NCBI GenBank assembly: GCA_039809245.1
Contig: JBDHUP010000002.1
Location: 11,188-75,187 of the forward strand
Source of the DNA: Minisyncoccia bacterium
GTDB taxonomy: Bacteria > Patescibacteriota > Minisyncoccia > Phycocordibacterales > UBA9973
Length of the DNA: 64,000 bases
Direction of reading: 5' to 3'
Position 1 is the first letter of the stretch. Every line of letters starts with the position of its first letter. Positions 38,072-47,198 of the stretch are shown here, in pieces. A program made the position numbers and the translations under genes. The notes under the pieces are model-generated. The model was not told where the DNA came from. It did not search any database and worked only from the letters and a program-made list of their open reading frames with translations.

Positions 38072-38826
38072 AGTTTTTCTGCTTTGACTCCAGACAGCTT
38101 TTCAAAACGATCAATGACTGTTTGACAGTATTCAATATCCATCTCGACTCCGATGCATATACGCTTTGTCTGCTCGCACGCAAGCAATGTTGTACCTGAA
38201 CCTAGAAACCCATCAAAAACCACATCTCCGATCCGTGTACTATTTAGTACAAGTCTACGAATAAGATCGATTGGCTTTGTCGATGGATGCATTTTGCTTT
38301 TATTTGGTTTTGGACAAACCAAGACACTCTTGTCTTTTGATTTCAAAAACTCATGTGTGCCATGCCACCCGTATGCGATTAGTTCATGTTGAGGTGCATA
38401 GTCCATACGACCGATGACTGCATGAGTTTTCACCCAAATGAGAAGTTGTCCAAATTTAAGACCTGCTTCGTGCATTCCTTCACGCAAAGCAAATACCATC
38501 TTGTCTGAATTAAAGATATAAAAGCTATTTTTACGATCAAGGTGGGGTCTAATAGCCTCAATCCAATCACGGGTGAAAGTTTTATATTCCAGATCGCTTT
38601 GTAAGTGATCGTTGAGTATTGGTTTATTCTTGGCGAGTGTCTGAAATCCTTCCTTACTTTCAGCTACGGCTACTCCATAGGGTGGGTCAGAGATTACTGC
38701 TTTGATTTTGTGTGTACTAACAAGCCTTGCGATCATATCCTTGTTTCGTGAATCTGCACACAAAAGCAAATGCTGTCCTAACCGAAATGCATCGCCGTAT
38801 TTAATTGAGCTTTGTGACTTTTTCAT
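38068..38826 (-). CDS. DNA methyltransferase (beta-class N6A/N4C, DPPY)
   Basis: Motif IV SDPPYG precedes motif I FLGSGTT. Confidence 0.8.
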   Translation of the reverse strand: MKKSQSSIKYGDAFRLGQHLLLCADSRNKDMIARLVSTHKIKAVISDPPYGVAVAESKEGFQTLAKNKPILNDHLQSDLEYKTFTRDWIEAIRPHLDRKNSFYIFNSDKMVFALREGMHEAGLKFGQLLIWVKTHAVIGRMDYAPQHELIAYGWHGTHEFLKSKDKSVLVCPKPNKSKMHPSTKPIDLIRRLVLNSTRIGDVVFDGFLGSGTTLLACEQTKRICIGVEMDIEYCQTVIDRFEKLSGVKAEKL

Positions 38827-40078
38827 TGGATATTTTCTTAAATCTATTAATAATTACCTGACAGAAAACTGGTTCAATTTCTGCAAGGAATGCTCGACGT
38901 TTAAGTGCTTCACAGGCAACCAGAATACTCCCTGATCCAGCCGTCAGATCAAGAATCGTATCACCAGGTTTACTACACCGTCTGATGCTTTTTTCGTATA
39001 AAGTCGGTGGCTTCATTGTCGGATGCTGATATTCAGAACTAGGCAGTCTTTTCGCAAGCCATATCTGGAACATGTCCGAAATATCATCAAGTAATCTATT
39101 ACCAGAGGATATTTCCTTATTCTGAAATTCAGTCAGATTCTTAACTTTGTCAGATAGATAGGGCTTACCTCGAACTCCATACATACAAAGCTCTACGGCA
39201 CGATTAAAAGCGATTTTAGGGGTTGGATTATGTTGAGACTTTGCCCACAAACAGAGTCGTTTGAAATCAATACCTACTGCTTTGAAAACATCCTGCATCA
39301 TCCCTAGGTATTTCTCATCCAGCCATGCAAAAGCATGGCAATCGTTCTTCGATACCCCCAGTGCGTTTTTTAAGATACTTGCAAGAAACTCCTTGTACTC
39401 AGCATCTGATTTTTTATCATTGATAGTTCCTCCGTAGTTCTGCTTGCCACCTAATCCCGCCGAGTAATCTACGCCTATGTTATATGGAAAATCTATATTG
39501 ATGAGATCTATCCGCTCAGAACCCACTAGCTCTGTAACGGTTTCTTTTTTAGTACTATCTCCACAAATTAAAACGTGACTCCCGAGTGAAAATTTATCAC
39601 CCAATTTAATGTCAGTTTTTTGAGCTTCCTTGAGTTCCTTTTCAAGATCAATATCATCGTCATCTACTTCGAGGTTGTCATCGAAAATATTAGAAAGATC
39701 GAATGAATCAAAACCCGCAGTAAGGAGTTCGTCGAGATCAAAATCTCGTGCAAGCTTTTCAAAATCCCAAGACGCACCGCTTCGATTTGAGGTGAGTAGG
39801 TAATCTTTAAATTCTTTTTCTGTAAGAGTTCTGTTTGGAACTCTTACCTCTATTTCTTCATCTTCTCGACCAAGAAGAGACAAGACCATCACTCGTTGGT
39901 TTCCAGCAACCAGAGTGCCGTCTGTGTTGATACACGGCAATTCTGCCAGATCAAATTTCTTGAGACTTCGCTTGAGTCCCTCAAGTTGTGTAGGCGAAAG
40001 TTTGCGAGGATTCTTTTCGTATCGAATCAAATCCTTCACTTTACGTTTCTCCGTATGCCAAACTAATTTTTTGCTCAT
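38801..40078 (-). CDS. ParB-like nuclease domain fused to a DNA methyltransferase
   Basis: N-terminal ParB/Srx-like segment (EKNPRKLSPTQLEGLKRSLKKF...AGNQR), C-terminal MTase motifs (DFPYN, LTAGSGS). Confidence 0.75.
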   Translation of the reverse strand: MSKKLVWHTEKRKVKDLIRYEKNPRKLSPTQLEGLKRSLKKFDLAELPCINTDGTLVAGNQRVMVLSLLGREDEEIEVRVPNRTLTEKEFKDYLLTSNRSGASWDFEKLARDFDLDELLTAGFDSFDLSNIFDDNLEVDDDDIDLEKELKEAQKTDIKLGDKFSLGSHVLICGDSTKKETVTELVGSERIDLINIDFPYNIGVDYSAGLGGKQNYGGTINDKKSDAEYKEFLASILKNALGVSKNDCHAFAWLDEKYLGMMQDVFKAVGIDFKRLCLWAKSQHNPTPKIAFNRAVELCMYGVRGKPYLSDKVKNLTEFQNKEISSGNRLLDDISDMFQIWLAKRLPSSEYQHPTMKPPTLYEKSIRRCSKPGDTILDLTAGSGSILVACEALKRRAFLAEIEPVFCQVIINRFKKISNEKVTKLN

Positions 40079-40171
40079 AGTTATATTGGTTAGCTAATAA
40101 TGTAGATACGTGTATATCTGTATTGAGCATAGACCTAAAGAAAACAGCTGTAATCTGTAACTTTAGAGGGT

Positions 40172-40206
40172 AAAAAAAGCAAAAAAGCCCACATTTATGG
40201 GCTTTT
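40172..40206 (-). terminator. Hairpin aaaagcccacatttatgggctttt plus T-run on the minus strand
   Basis: Seen in sequence. Confidence 0.55.
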
Positions 40207-40227
40207 AAGAAAACTTTTCCACTCCAC

Positions 40228-40845
40228 TTATTCGCCGAGCACTCTGTCGTCTATAAATTCAAGTCTAATGTCTGGGTTGAATGCATATCCTTTTCTTTTT
40301 CTATCAAAATCTCCTTTGATGAATTCGTCTCGATCAGTAAGTTTGAAATGTCCTACAACACGACGATTTATTTTTCTTATAGTAACTCTCAGCGACTCTG
40401 TGTTTTTATAAGTCCCTAAAATTTCAACTGCATCTTCAAGTGTTACGTTCTTTCGTTCATAGAATAATCTGATGATGGCTCGTTGATCAGGAGTGAAATC
40501 AAGAGGCTCTTTGGCATAATCTTTTCTCGTAAGAAACATCTCGCCGTCTTTATTGATGTGAACAACAAAATCAATCAGCTTTTTCATACGCATTTGATCG
40601 TATGGTCGCAGGTAGAGTAGCTCGCCAAGTTTCTGACCATTTCCTTTTTTAATATAGATAGTTTCTTTCAATTCAATCTTTCGGTATCCGCCTGTATAAA
40701 TGGTTTCAGTAAGTTCGACTTTTGAATTGCGATCAGAGACCATGTTCATTCTTCTAATATCCAAAAACTTACACGATTCCTCGTGTTCTTTATCTTTAAA
40801 AGGATATATGAATTCTGGCTTCTTCCGCTTCTTATTCATAGCCAT
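40228..40845 (-). CDS. Hypothetical protein with a sigma-70 region-4-like C-terminal HTH
   Basis: LTPDQRAIIRLFYERKNVTLEDAVEILG...RVTIRKINRRV resembles ECF sigma region 4. Confidence 0.3.
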   Translation of the reverse strand: MAMNKKRKKPEFIYPFKDKEHEESCKFLDIRRMNMVSDRNSKVELTETIYTGGYRKIELKETIYIKKGNGQKLGELLYLRPYDQMRMKKLIDFVVHINKDGEMFLTRKDYAKEPLDFTPDQRAIIRLFYERKNVTLEDAVEILGTYKNTESLRVTIRKINRRVVGHFKLTDRDEFIKGDFDRKRKGYAFNPDIRLEFIDDRVLGE

Positions 40846-40877
40846 ATTTTACCTTAAATAAGGGATATAATGTACGT

Positions 40878-41594
40878 ATGGGGACGATTCAAGAATGTAT
40901 CTTTTGTAAAAGCACAACCAACTCATTCAATAGTGTTGAGCATATTTTTCCTGAGTCGCTTGGTAACAAAGAGAAGATTTTAGATAAGGGATTCGTTTGT
41001 GATACTTGTAATAATGAAGTTCTCTCTGGGCTAGATGCTGAGCTTCTTGATTTTGAGGGGATCAAATTCATGAGAGTCATGAATGGAATTGAAAGTAAAT
41101 CTGGGAAAGTTCCTGTTGCTAATTTTCCGAATCTAAAAATAGAAAACCCTAACAAGGATCACATCAAAGTACATCTTCAAACCATGAAGCATGTACGAGA
41201 TCAAAGCGATACGGGTTTCAAACTAGATTTTCGTGGCACAAGAAAAATGGATACGAAACGATTAAAACTTCTTGCGAGGTCTTTGTATAAGATTGGATAT
41301 GAATTAGTGTGTCTTGATCACGGACGAGATTTTGTCCTGTCGCCACGGTTTGATGAGGTGCGAGATATCATCCTCGGTAAAAAGGACTTTAATGGTTACA
41401 TACTCATGGGGAGTAACGAAAAATCAGAAAATCCTAGAGTCAGTTATTATCCACTCAAAGACGACAAAGGTAGAGAGTTTATGGCTTTTGACTTTGTATA
41501 TCTATTCGTACGATTTATCTTCGATATGGAGCGAAGAGAGGCTTTGCTAGAAGCTGGTACAAAACTTGAGCGTATGACCGTCATGAAGTTTTAG
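40878..41594 (+). CDS. HNH-family endonuclease-like protein
   Basis: CxxC (CIFCK) ... EHIFPESLGN ... CDTCNN arrangement. Confidence 0.5.
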   Translation: MGTIQECIFCKSTTNSFNSVEHIFPESLGNKEKILDKGFVCDTCNNEVLSGLDAELLDFEGIKFMRVMNGIESKSGKVPVANFPNLKIENPNKDHIKVHLQTMKHVRDQSDTGFKLDFRGTRKMDTKRLKLLARSLYKIGYELVCLDHGRDFVLSPRFDEVRDIILGKKDFNGYILMGSNEKSENPRVSYYPLKDDKGREFMAFDFVYLFVRFIFDMERREALLEAGTKLERMTVMKF

Positions 41595-41761
41595 CCGTAA
41601 ATGAGACAATGCCAAGGAAGCCCTTTCTATGTCTCATTTGTCGCATTTACAGAAACTAGACCCCGACCCACAAACCTATTTTTTACCAACTAAAAAATGC
41701 TAGAATAGCCTTATAAGGCTTGGAGTGTGGGGTACCATACCCGAGTACACCGCAAATAAAG

Positions 41762-41786
41762 AAAACCCGAAAGGGTTTTTCTTTTT
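41762..41786 (+). terminator. Hairpin aaaacccgaaagggtttt plus T-run
   Basis: Seen in sequence. Confidence 0.45.
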
Positions 41787-41903
41787 GCGGGCGAGAAAGA
41801 GAACTGCTTCTCTTTCGTGTGAGATTCGAAAGACTTTTCTGTCATTTGGTTACAAATGTAGAAAAGTACCTGGCTACGTGGTAGCCGAAAAGTGTACTCA
41901 TGG

Positions 41904-41919
41904 TCTCACCGCCTCCGCA
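41904..41919 (+). repeat. attR: second copy of the 16-bp tRNA-Ser 3' end
   Basis: Exact match to 23414-23429. Confidence 0.65.
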
Positions 41920-41943
41920 AAAAAAGAGCGATTAATCGCTCTT
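41919..41943 (-). terminator. Hairpin agagcgattaatcgctct with A/T-run flanks; terminator of the VOC gene
   Basis: Seen in sequence. Confidence 0.5.
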
Positions 41944-41951
41944 TTTCTTTT

Positions 41952-42860
41952 CTAATCTTTATACGCTTCCTCTAATTTTTTAATATCAAACTTCTTCATT
42001 TTAAGAAAAGCTTCTGTTACTCGCTTATTCTGTTCGGGAGTTCCTGTGTCCATCATTTCATTCATTCTAGTTGGTACCACCTGCCAAGATAAACCAAACT
42101 TATCTTTACACCAGCCACACTGCTCTGATTCAGGAACTGCAGATAATTTATCCCAATAGTAATCTATTTCTTCTTGAGTATCACAACTTATCATAAAAGA
42201 CACTGCTTCATTAAAATTAAACTTGTGCTCACCTCCTCCATCCATAGCGACAAACCAAGTACCAAGAAGATTAAAATCTGAAAACATTACTGTTCCTTCT
42301 TTATTTGGCAAAGCTCCAGATGGATATTTAATCCGATTACCAAGTTTAGAATCTTTAAATACTGACAGATAGTAATCTACGGCTTCTTCAGCTTTTCCAT
42401 ATGCTTCACCCACAAAAAGAAGTGTCGGCACAATAAAAGGTCTTTCTTCTCCATTAGGATTAGTGAGAATAAGTTGCCATGAAACACCATATTTATCTTC
42501 TATCCACCCATACCATTTACTAAATGGATATTCTTGTAATGGCATCAGAATCTTGCCATTATCTGAAAGTTTTTCCCAAAGCTTATCTAAATTTTCTTTT
42601 GCATTGCTATCATGAGATGGATCAAAATTCACCATAAAAGAAACCGATGGATTTATTTTAAATAGTGGTCCAGCGCTTATAGACATAAAAGATTGCCCAG
42701 CTAGTTCGTACGACATAATATCGCAATCTCCAGAAGGAGTTCCTTTTATTACGTTATGCTTCTTAATTTTTGAATTAGGGAAAATAGAAACGTAGAACTC
42801 TGCTGATTCTTTTGCTTCTTTATTAAACCAAAGATGTGGTGTTATTCTCTTCATATACAA
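41952..42860 (-). CDS. Tandem VOC/PhnB-like (glyoxalase-fold) protein
   Basis: Two repeated ~140-aa halves, each with a ...KYG(V/L)SWQ... PhnB-like motif. Confidence 0.55.
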   Translation of the reverse strand: MYMKRITPHLWFNKEAKESAEFYVSIFPNSKIKKHNVIKGTPSGDCDIMSYELAGQSFMSISAGPLFKINPSVSFMVNFDPSHDSNAKENLDKLWEKLSDNGKILMPLQEYPFSKWYGWIEDKYGVSWQLILTNPNGEERPFIVPTLLFVGEAYGKAEEAVDYYLSVFKDSKLGNRIKYPSGALPNKEGTVMFSDFNLLGTWFVAMDGGGEHKFNFNEAVSFMISCDTQEEIDYYWDKLSAVPESEQCGWCKDKFGLSWQVVPTRMNEMMDTGTPEQNKRVTEAFLKMKKFDIKKLEEAYKD

Positions 42861-42864
42861 AAAA

Positions 42865-43278
42865 CTACATTGATAAGATGAAAGCTATTATCATAATTGA
42901 AGCTAGTTGATAGCTTATCATTACAAATATTTGCTTAGCCCAGAATTTTTTCTTGGTATTTCCCCAGATAACAGTTCCAACCTGTACAGGAACCAAGAAT
43001 CCAAGCCATATCCAGAAAGCAATATGAAAAACATTAAATATAAGTAAGAGTGGTACTAGTGCCGCGAAAGATACAGTCATAAGTAGTGTTAGTAAAAGCT
43101 GAAGAAGATAGAATGGTGCCATTTTTTTCTGCATAGCTTTCATTTCTTCTTTAGACAAATTTGTAACTTCCATAATCTGCATCCACCATTTACCAAACAT
43201 AGCTGGTGAATACCACAACGCTCCTAAAGCAAATTGTACTATGGTTGCTAATAAAACTAATTTAAAATTTATATCCAT
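42865..43278 (-). CDS. Small membrane protein (DUF1761-like)
   Basis: 137 aa, 4 TM; GALWYSPAMFGKWW motif. Confidence 0.4.
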   Translation of the reverse strand: MDINFKLVLLATIVQFALGALWYSPAMFGKWWMQIMEVTNLSKEEMKAMQKKMAPFYLLQLLLTLLMTVSFAALVPLLLIFNVFHIAFWIWLGFLVPVQVGTVIWGNTKKKFWAKQIFVMISYQLASIMIIAFILSM

Positions 43279-43304
43279 ATATTTTATTAAAATTATTTAA
43301 TTTA

Positions 43305-44276
43305 TTAATTGTATAATGTAAACGCTAAAAAGGCTATATATGTCAAAAGTAGTATATAGGCCTGCCATCGCCTAAAGACTCTAGGGATAAAAATAGTAAA
43401 CCCAATAAGAAGCATAATAGAAGAGATGCTGTTCATTTGTAAGTATGGGATAGCATCTTTCTCTACTGAGACAGGACGTATCAGAACACTCGTACCTAAT
43501 ATAAATAATGTATTAATAATATTTGAGCCGACGACATTACCAATCATTAAATTGTATTGCTTCTGTCTAACAGCAGTAATTGATGTGACAAGTTCTGGAA
43601 GTGATGTACCTATAGCGATAATTGTCCCTGCAATTACAAGCTCTGAGATACCGAAATACTGAGCGATCCATACAGCATTACTAGTAACAATATTACTTCC
43701 ATATAAAAGACCAGCTAAGCTTGCAGTCGTAATAACAAACAATAAAGCAACTGAGGTTACTTTTGATAGTTTATTGTCGGTAATATCATCAACTTCTAAG
43801 CGTTCTGTATTTGCTTTCGTAATTCTATAAAGATAAAACCAATAGAAGAATCCGAGTAACAATAATATCAACCCTTCCATCTTAGTTAGAGCAGTGATTC
43901 CAAGACCAGAAGGAACAATACTCATTGTTAAGAGTATAAATGAAACGAATACAGCAAGAGATACTTGAGTCAGGCTATTTTTTGAGATTGAAACTTTTTT
44001 TGCAAAAAGAACTCCTCCAGCAAAAATAAGTAAAACGTTTGAAATATTACTGCCTAAAATATTTCCGAGGGCAATATCCCCATGACCTTGGATAGAAGCA
44101 ATTACATTAACGCCAAACTCTGGAGCTGAAGTCCCTAAGGCTACAATTGTGAGTCCGATTATAAGCTTCGGTATGCCAAAACGCTTAGCGATAAGAGAAC
44201 TACTAGCAATGAAGTAATCTGCTCCATATATAATTAAGAGTAGTCCTATAACTAAGATTAGTATATGTATAAACAC
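43305..44276 (-). CDS. CaCA-family sodium/calcium exchanger (YrbG-like)
   Basis: Duplicated alpha-repeats GNILGSNISNVLLIFAGG / GNVVGSNIINTLFILG. Confidence 0.8.
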   Translation of the reverse strand: MFIHILILVIGLLLIIYGADYFIASSSLIAKRFGIPKLIIGLTIVALGTSAPEFGVNVIASIQGHGDIALGNILGSNISNVLLIFAGGVLFAKKVSISKNSLTQVSLAVFVSFILLTMSIVPSGLGITALTKMEGLILLLLGFFYWFYLYRITKANTERLEVDDITDNKLSKVTSVALLFVITTASLAGLLYGSNIVTSNAVWIAQYFGISELVIAGTIIAIGTSLPELVTSITAVRQKQYNLMIGNVVGSNIINTLFILGTSVLIRPVSVEKDAIPYLQMNSISSIMLLIGFTIFIPRVFRRWQAYILLLTYIAFLAFTLYN

Positions 44277-44456
44277 AGATATATTATATCATCTAAAAAT
44301 GCTTACCAAAAAACTCAATAAAATCAAGCTTTTTCTGAAAATGTAGTATAATAAAAGGTGTCTCGCGGTTTGAACACTATAGAGAAGTAGTTCTTGAATT
44401 ATAGATTAAATACACTTTCAAGCGAGAATCACAAAAGTGTATATCAAACGTTATAT

Positions 44457-45014
44457 ATGAAGGAAGTCGATGAAAATCAAGAACATTTAAAAAGCCTTAT
44501 ATTACTTGCGAAAGCAGGCGATGATAAAGCTTTTGAGGAAGTATATAATACATACTATACTCCTCTATATCGTTATATTTTCACTAGGGTTAAGAACAGG
44601 CAGGAAGCTGAAGACATAACCGCAACTGCCTTTATGAAGATATGGAAATCTATATCTTCATGGGATATGAATCATACTTCCCCTATCTCTTTCTTCTTTA
44701 CAGTTGCTCGTAATACACTCATTGATTACTTCAGAAAGAACGCCCATAAGGAAATTGTCTCTGATGAAGTCATCATGCAATACGCCGAAGAGAATGGTGA
44801 TTCTGATAACGAAAGTATTTCTGTAGAATTACGAGGAGCTATTTTACAGGCTGTCTCGCAACTATCGGAAGACCAGCAAGAAATAATAACGCTTTTTTAC
44901 ACAAACGACCTGACTTACAAAGAAATAGCTGAGATTACTGGTAAAAAAGAAGACGCTATCAGACAGACCCACTCGCGGGCTATCAAAAGATTAAGAGATT
45001 TATACAAATATTAG
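44457..45014 (+). CDS. ECF-type sigma-70 family sigma factor
   Basis: Region 2 (YRYIFTRV, ARNTLIDYFRK) and region 4 HTH; the ORF track starts at 44394 but MKEVDENQ is the more typical start. Confidence 0.8.
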   Translation: MKEVDENQEHLKSLILLAKAGDDKAFEEVYNTYYTPLYRYIFTRVKNRQEAEDITATAFMKIWKSISSWDMNHTSPISFFFTVARNTLIDYFRKNAHKEIVSDEVIMQYAEENGDSDNESISVELRGAILQAVSQLSEDQQEIITLFYTNDLTYKEIAEITGKKEDAIRQTHSRAIKRLRDLYKY

Positions 45015-45018
45015 ATAC

Positions 45019-45441
45019 ATGACAAATCAAGAATTCGAAAACATTATAAAAAAGAGCCTTAAAACAAACGCGAGTCCTGACCGCGGCTCTTTTTCACACC
45101 TTCTTTCAATACTAAACAACCCTGTCACAGAAACAAAGCAGGTTCGTTATAGTATACAGACGCCAACGTCTAACATTATAAGTAGAATTACTAGTTTCAT
45201 TAGTATCTGGAGATCAAATCGCATTATACTAGTGCCAAGTTTCATCTTGCTACTATTTATTGGAATCTTCTCTCTATCAATGCACACTACTACATACGGT
45301 TCAAGTATTGAGCAGTTAGCACAAAAGGATGAGTCCATTAAAGAACTAGCCATTGTCGACGATGACGACCCAGCACTCTCAATAACGGGGTTTGATGAGC
45401 CAGATATTAATGATCTTAGTATACTTCAAAATGACTTATAA
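45019..45441 (+). CDS. Single-TM protein downstream of the sigma factor (possible anti-sigma)
   Basis: Position and topology only. Confidence 0.3.
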   Translation: MTNQEFENIIKKSLKTNASPDRGSFSHLLSILNNPVTETKQVRYSIQTPTSNIISRITSFISIWRSNRIILVPSFILLLFIGIFSLSMHTTTYGSSIEQLAQKDESIKELAIVDDDDPALSITGFDEPDINDLSILQNDL

Positions 45442-46255
45442 TTTTAAGAAAATGTTGGTAGGAATATTTGTTATTTTTACCTTAATACCAGGATTCACTT
45501 TTGCTGAAATAAACTTGTCTTTAGATACGAAGCAAGATACTGCTACAACTGATAAGGTTGCAGAAGTAAAAGAGGGTGATAGTAGTAAAGAAGAAGCCAT
45601 CGATCCGAATGGTGACTTTTGCGTTGGGATTGATGAATACTCTACAAAGATAACTGACAAGATTAAAGAGGCTGAAACAAAACAGTTAGAGAATCAGGAA
45701 AATCTTGATAAAGATATCTCAAGCAAAGAAGATGATGCTGACGCAAAGCGTGCCATAAGTAGAACAGAAGCAGATACTAAGCGTACCCTAAACTGGACAA
45801 AGATGAGCGAGAAGGCCAAGACTGATACAGAGAAAGAAGCAGTACAAGCTTACCAAGTAGCTGTCCAGCAAGCCATTACTAGTCGCCGAAGTGATGTTGA
45901 TGCAGCTGTGAAAGAATACCGTGATGGGCTAACTAAAATATTAAAAGATCATTATGATGCAATATATAAAGCTATTGGAATATTTGAAGAATCTATAAAT
46001 ACTAATCTTGGGATAGCAAAGATTGACTGTGAGAGTAAACTAATAGGAAGCGAAAAAATCAAAAACACTCTAGATGAACAGATATCAGTAGCTCAGAAAG
46101 TTCTTCAAGAAGCTCAGGATAAAGCTGATATGACAAAGAGCCTTGAACTCATAAAAGGGACTCGCGATAAAGCTATCGAAGTTGTAGAAGCTACATATAA
46201 AACAAATACAGATAAAGCTCGCGATGATTTGATCCTTGCACTCAAGAATCAATAA
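45392..46255 (+). CDS. Secreted coiled-coil protein
   Basis: Signal peptide, then a charged alpha-helical repeat region. Confidence 0.35.
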   Translation: MMSQILMILVYFKMTYNFKKMLVGIFVIFTLIPGFTFAEINLSLDTKQDTATTDKVAEVKEGDSSKEEAIDPNGDFCVGIDEYSTKITDKIKEAETKQLENQENLDKDISSKEDDADAKRAISRTEADTKRTLNWTKMSEKAKTDTEKEAVQAYQVAVQQAITSRRSDVDAAVKEYRDGLTKILKDHYDAIYKAIGIFEESINTNLGIAKIDCESKLIGSEKIKNTLDEQISVAQKVLQEAQDKADMTKSLELIKGTRDKAIEVVEATYKTNTDKARDDLILALKNQ

Positions 46256-46257
46256 TA

Positions 46258-46288
46258 AAAAGATCACATTTCTGTGGTCTTTTTATTA
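46258..46288 (+). terminator. Hairpin gatcacatttctgtggtc plus T-run
   Basis: Seen in sequence. Confidence 0.5.
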
Positions 46289-46290
46289 TT

Positions 46291-46782
46291 GTGTTGGTAT
46301 ACTATATACATATGGAAGAAATCGTTATTACCCCTATAGAATGGTCTGCCCCCGAGTACAATCATAAGAAGCGTTCAAATGACTGGTTATGGAGTATCGG
46401 ACTAACAGCTTTAGTTGGAGCTGTGCTTGCTGTTTGGTTTCATAATTATGTCTTTGCAATATTCATTATTATCTCTGGAGCTTGCCTCATTCTCTTTACT
46501 ATTCGTGAACCACAGAGTATAACTTTCGTTGTTAAAACAGAAGGTATCACTATCGGTAAAGATGAACACATCTGGAAAGATATAAAAGGTTTCAATATTA
46601 AGAAAGGCGAGCCTTATCATAAACTCCTTATTATGACGTCAAAGAAGTTCTTACCTATATACACTATCCCATTCCCTTCTGACTTGTCTTCACAACTAAA
46701 AGATGCTTTAAATAAAGTGACTCCGAAGATTGACCTTGAGGAATCTCGCTCAATGGTCTTCATGGAGAAGCTCGGCTTCTAG
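46291..46782 (+). CDS. 2-TM membrane protein
   Basis: 163 aa ORF. Confidence 0.3.
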   Translation: MLVYYIHMEEIVITPIEWSAPEYNHKKRSNDWLWSIGLTALVGAVLAVWFHNYVFAIFIIISGACLILFTIREPQSITFVVKTEGITIGKDEHIWKDIKGFNIKKGEPYHKLLIMTSKKFLPIYTIPFPSDLSSQLKDALNKVTPKIDLEESRSMVFMEKLGF

Positions 46783-46785
46783 ATT

Positions 46786-47184
46786 TTATACAAAGTTAAT
46801 TAAGAAATTATACATACCCATCCCACATACACCTTGTAGAGGTGTATCTTTGTTTGGTATACCTATATCAATTTCTGTACTTCCTGTTTGAGGTAGGATT
46901 TTTTGAAAACCAACAGACCTTATTACTAGAGAAGCTGAGCAGTCATATATTCCTTTTGTTTTTACGATAAGCTTTGTTGGGATACCAGCTTTCGCAATTG
47001 AAAACTCTGGTGAATATCCACCACCTGCTGTTATGGTTATATACTGGACACCGTCTCTTATTTCTGAATTCTCTACTGGGGTATCTGCTGTACCATTTTG
47101 GGGACCTTTTAATCCTCCCCAGAAAATAATACCTATGCCGATGATTAACCCAAGAGTAATAATAACTAAAGTAGTTTTGTTCAT
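46786..47184 (-). CDS. Secreted cupredoxin-like protein (copper cluster)
   Basis: Signal anchor; C-terminal CGMGM Cys/Met-rich motif; position in the cop cluster. Confidence 0.4.
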   Translation of the reverse strand: MNKTTLVIITLGLIIGIGIIFWGGLKGPQNGTADTPVENSEIRDGVQYITITAGGGYSPEFSIAKAGIPTKLIVKTKGIYDCSASLVIRSVGFQKILPQTGSTEIDIGIPNKDTPLQGVCGMGMYNFLINFV

Positions 47185-47198
47185 AAAATAATTATAAT

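Larger units (their letters stand above)
23414..41919. mobile_element. ~18.5 kb integrated island at tRNA-Ser(TGA): paired large serine recombinases, Type I R-M with embedded helicase/PIN genes, phage terminase/methyltransferase/HNH module
   Basis: Flanked by a 16-bp direct repeat of the tRNA 3' end; recombinases next to attL; phage-derived genes; classic tRNA-associated island architecture. Confidence 0.6.

Noticed and set aside
41700-41919. Possibility of a second, degraded tRNA-Ser copy at the right junction
   Set aside because: Only the 16-bp 3' segment matches; the upstream sequence cannot be folded into a cloverleaf.
41725-41955. 76-aa ORF in the island's right junction
   Set aside because: It spans the attR repeat and two terminator hairpins and has a low-complexity translation; it is non-coding junction DNA.
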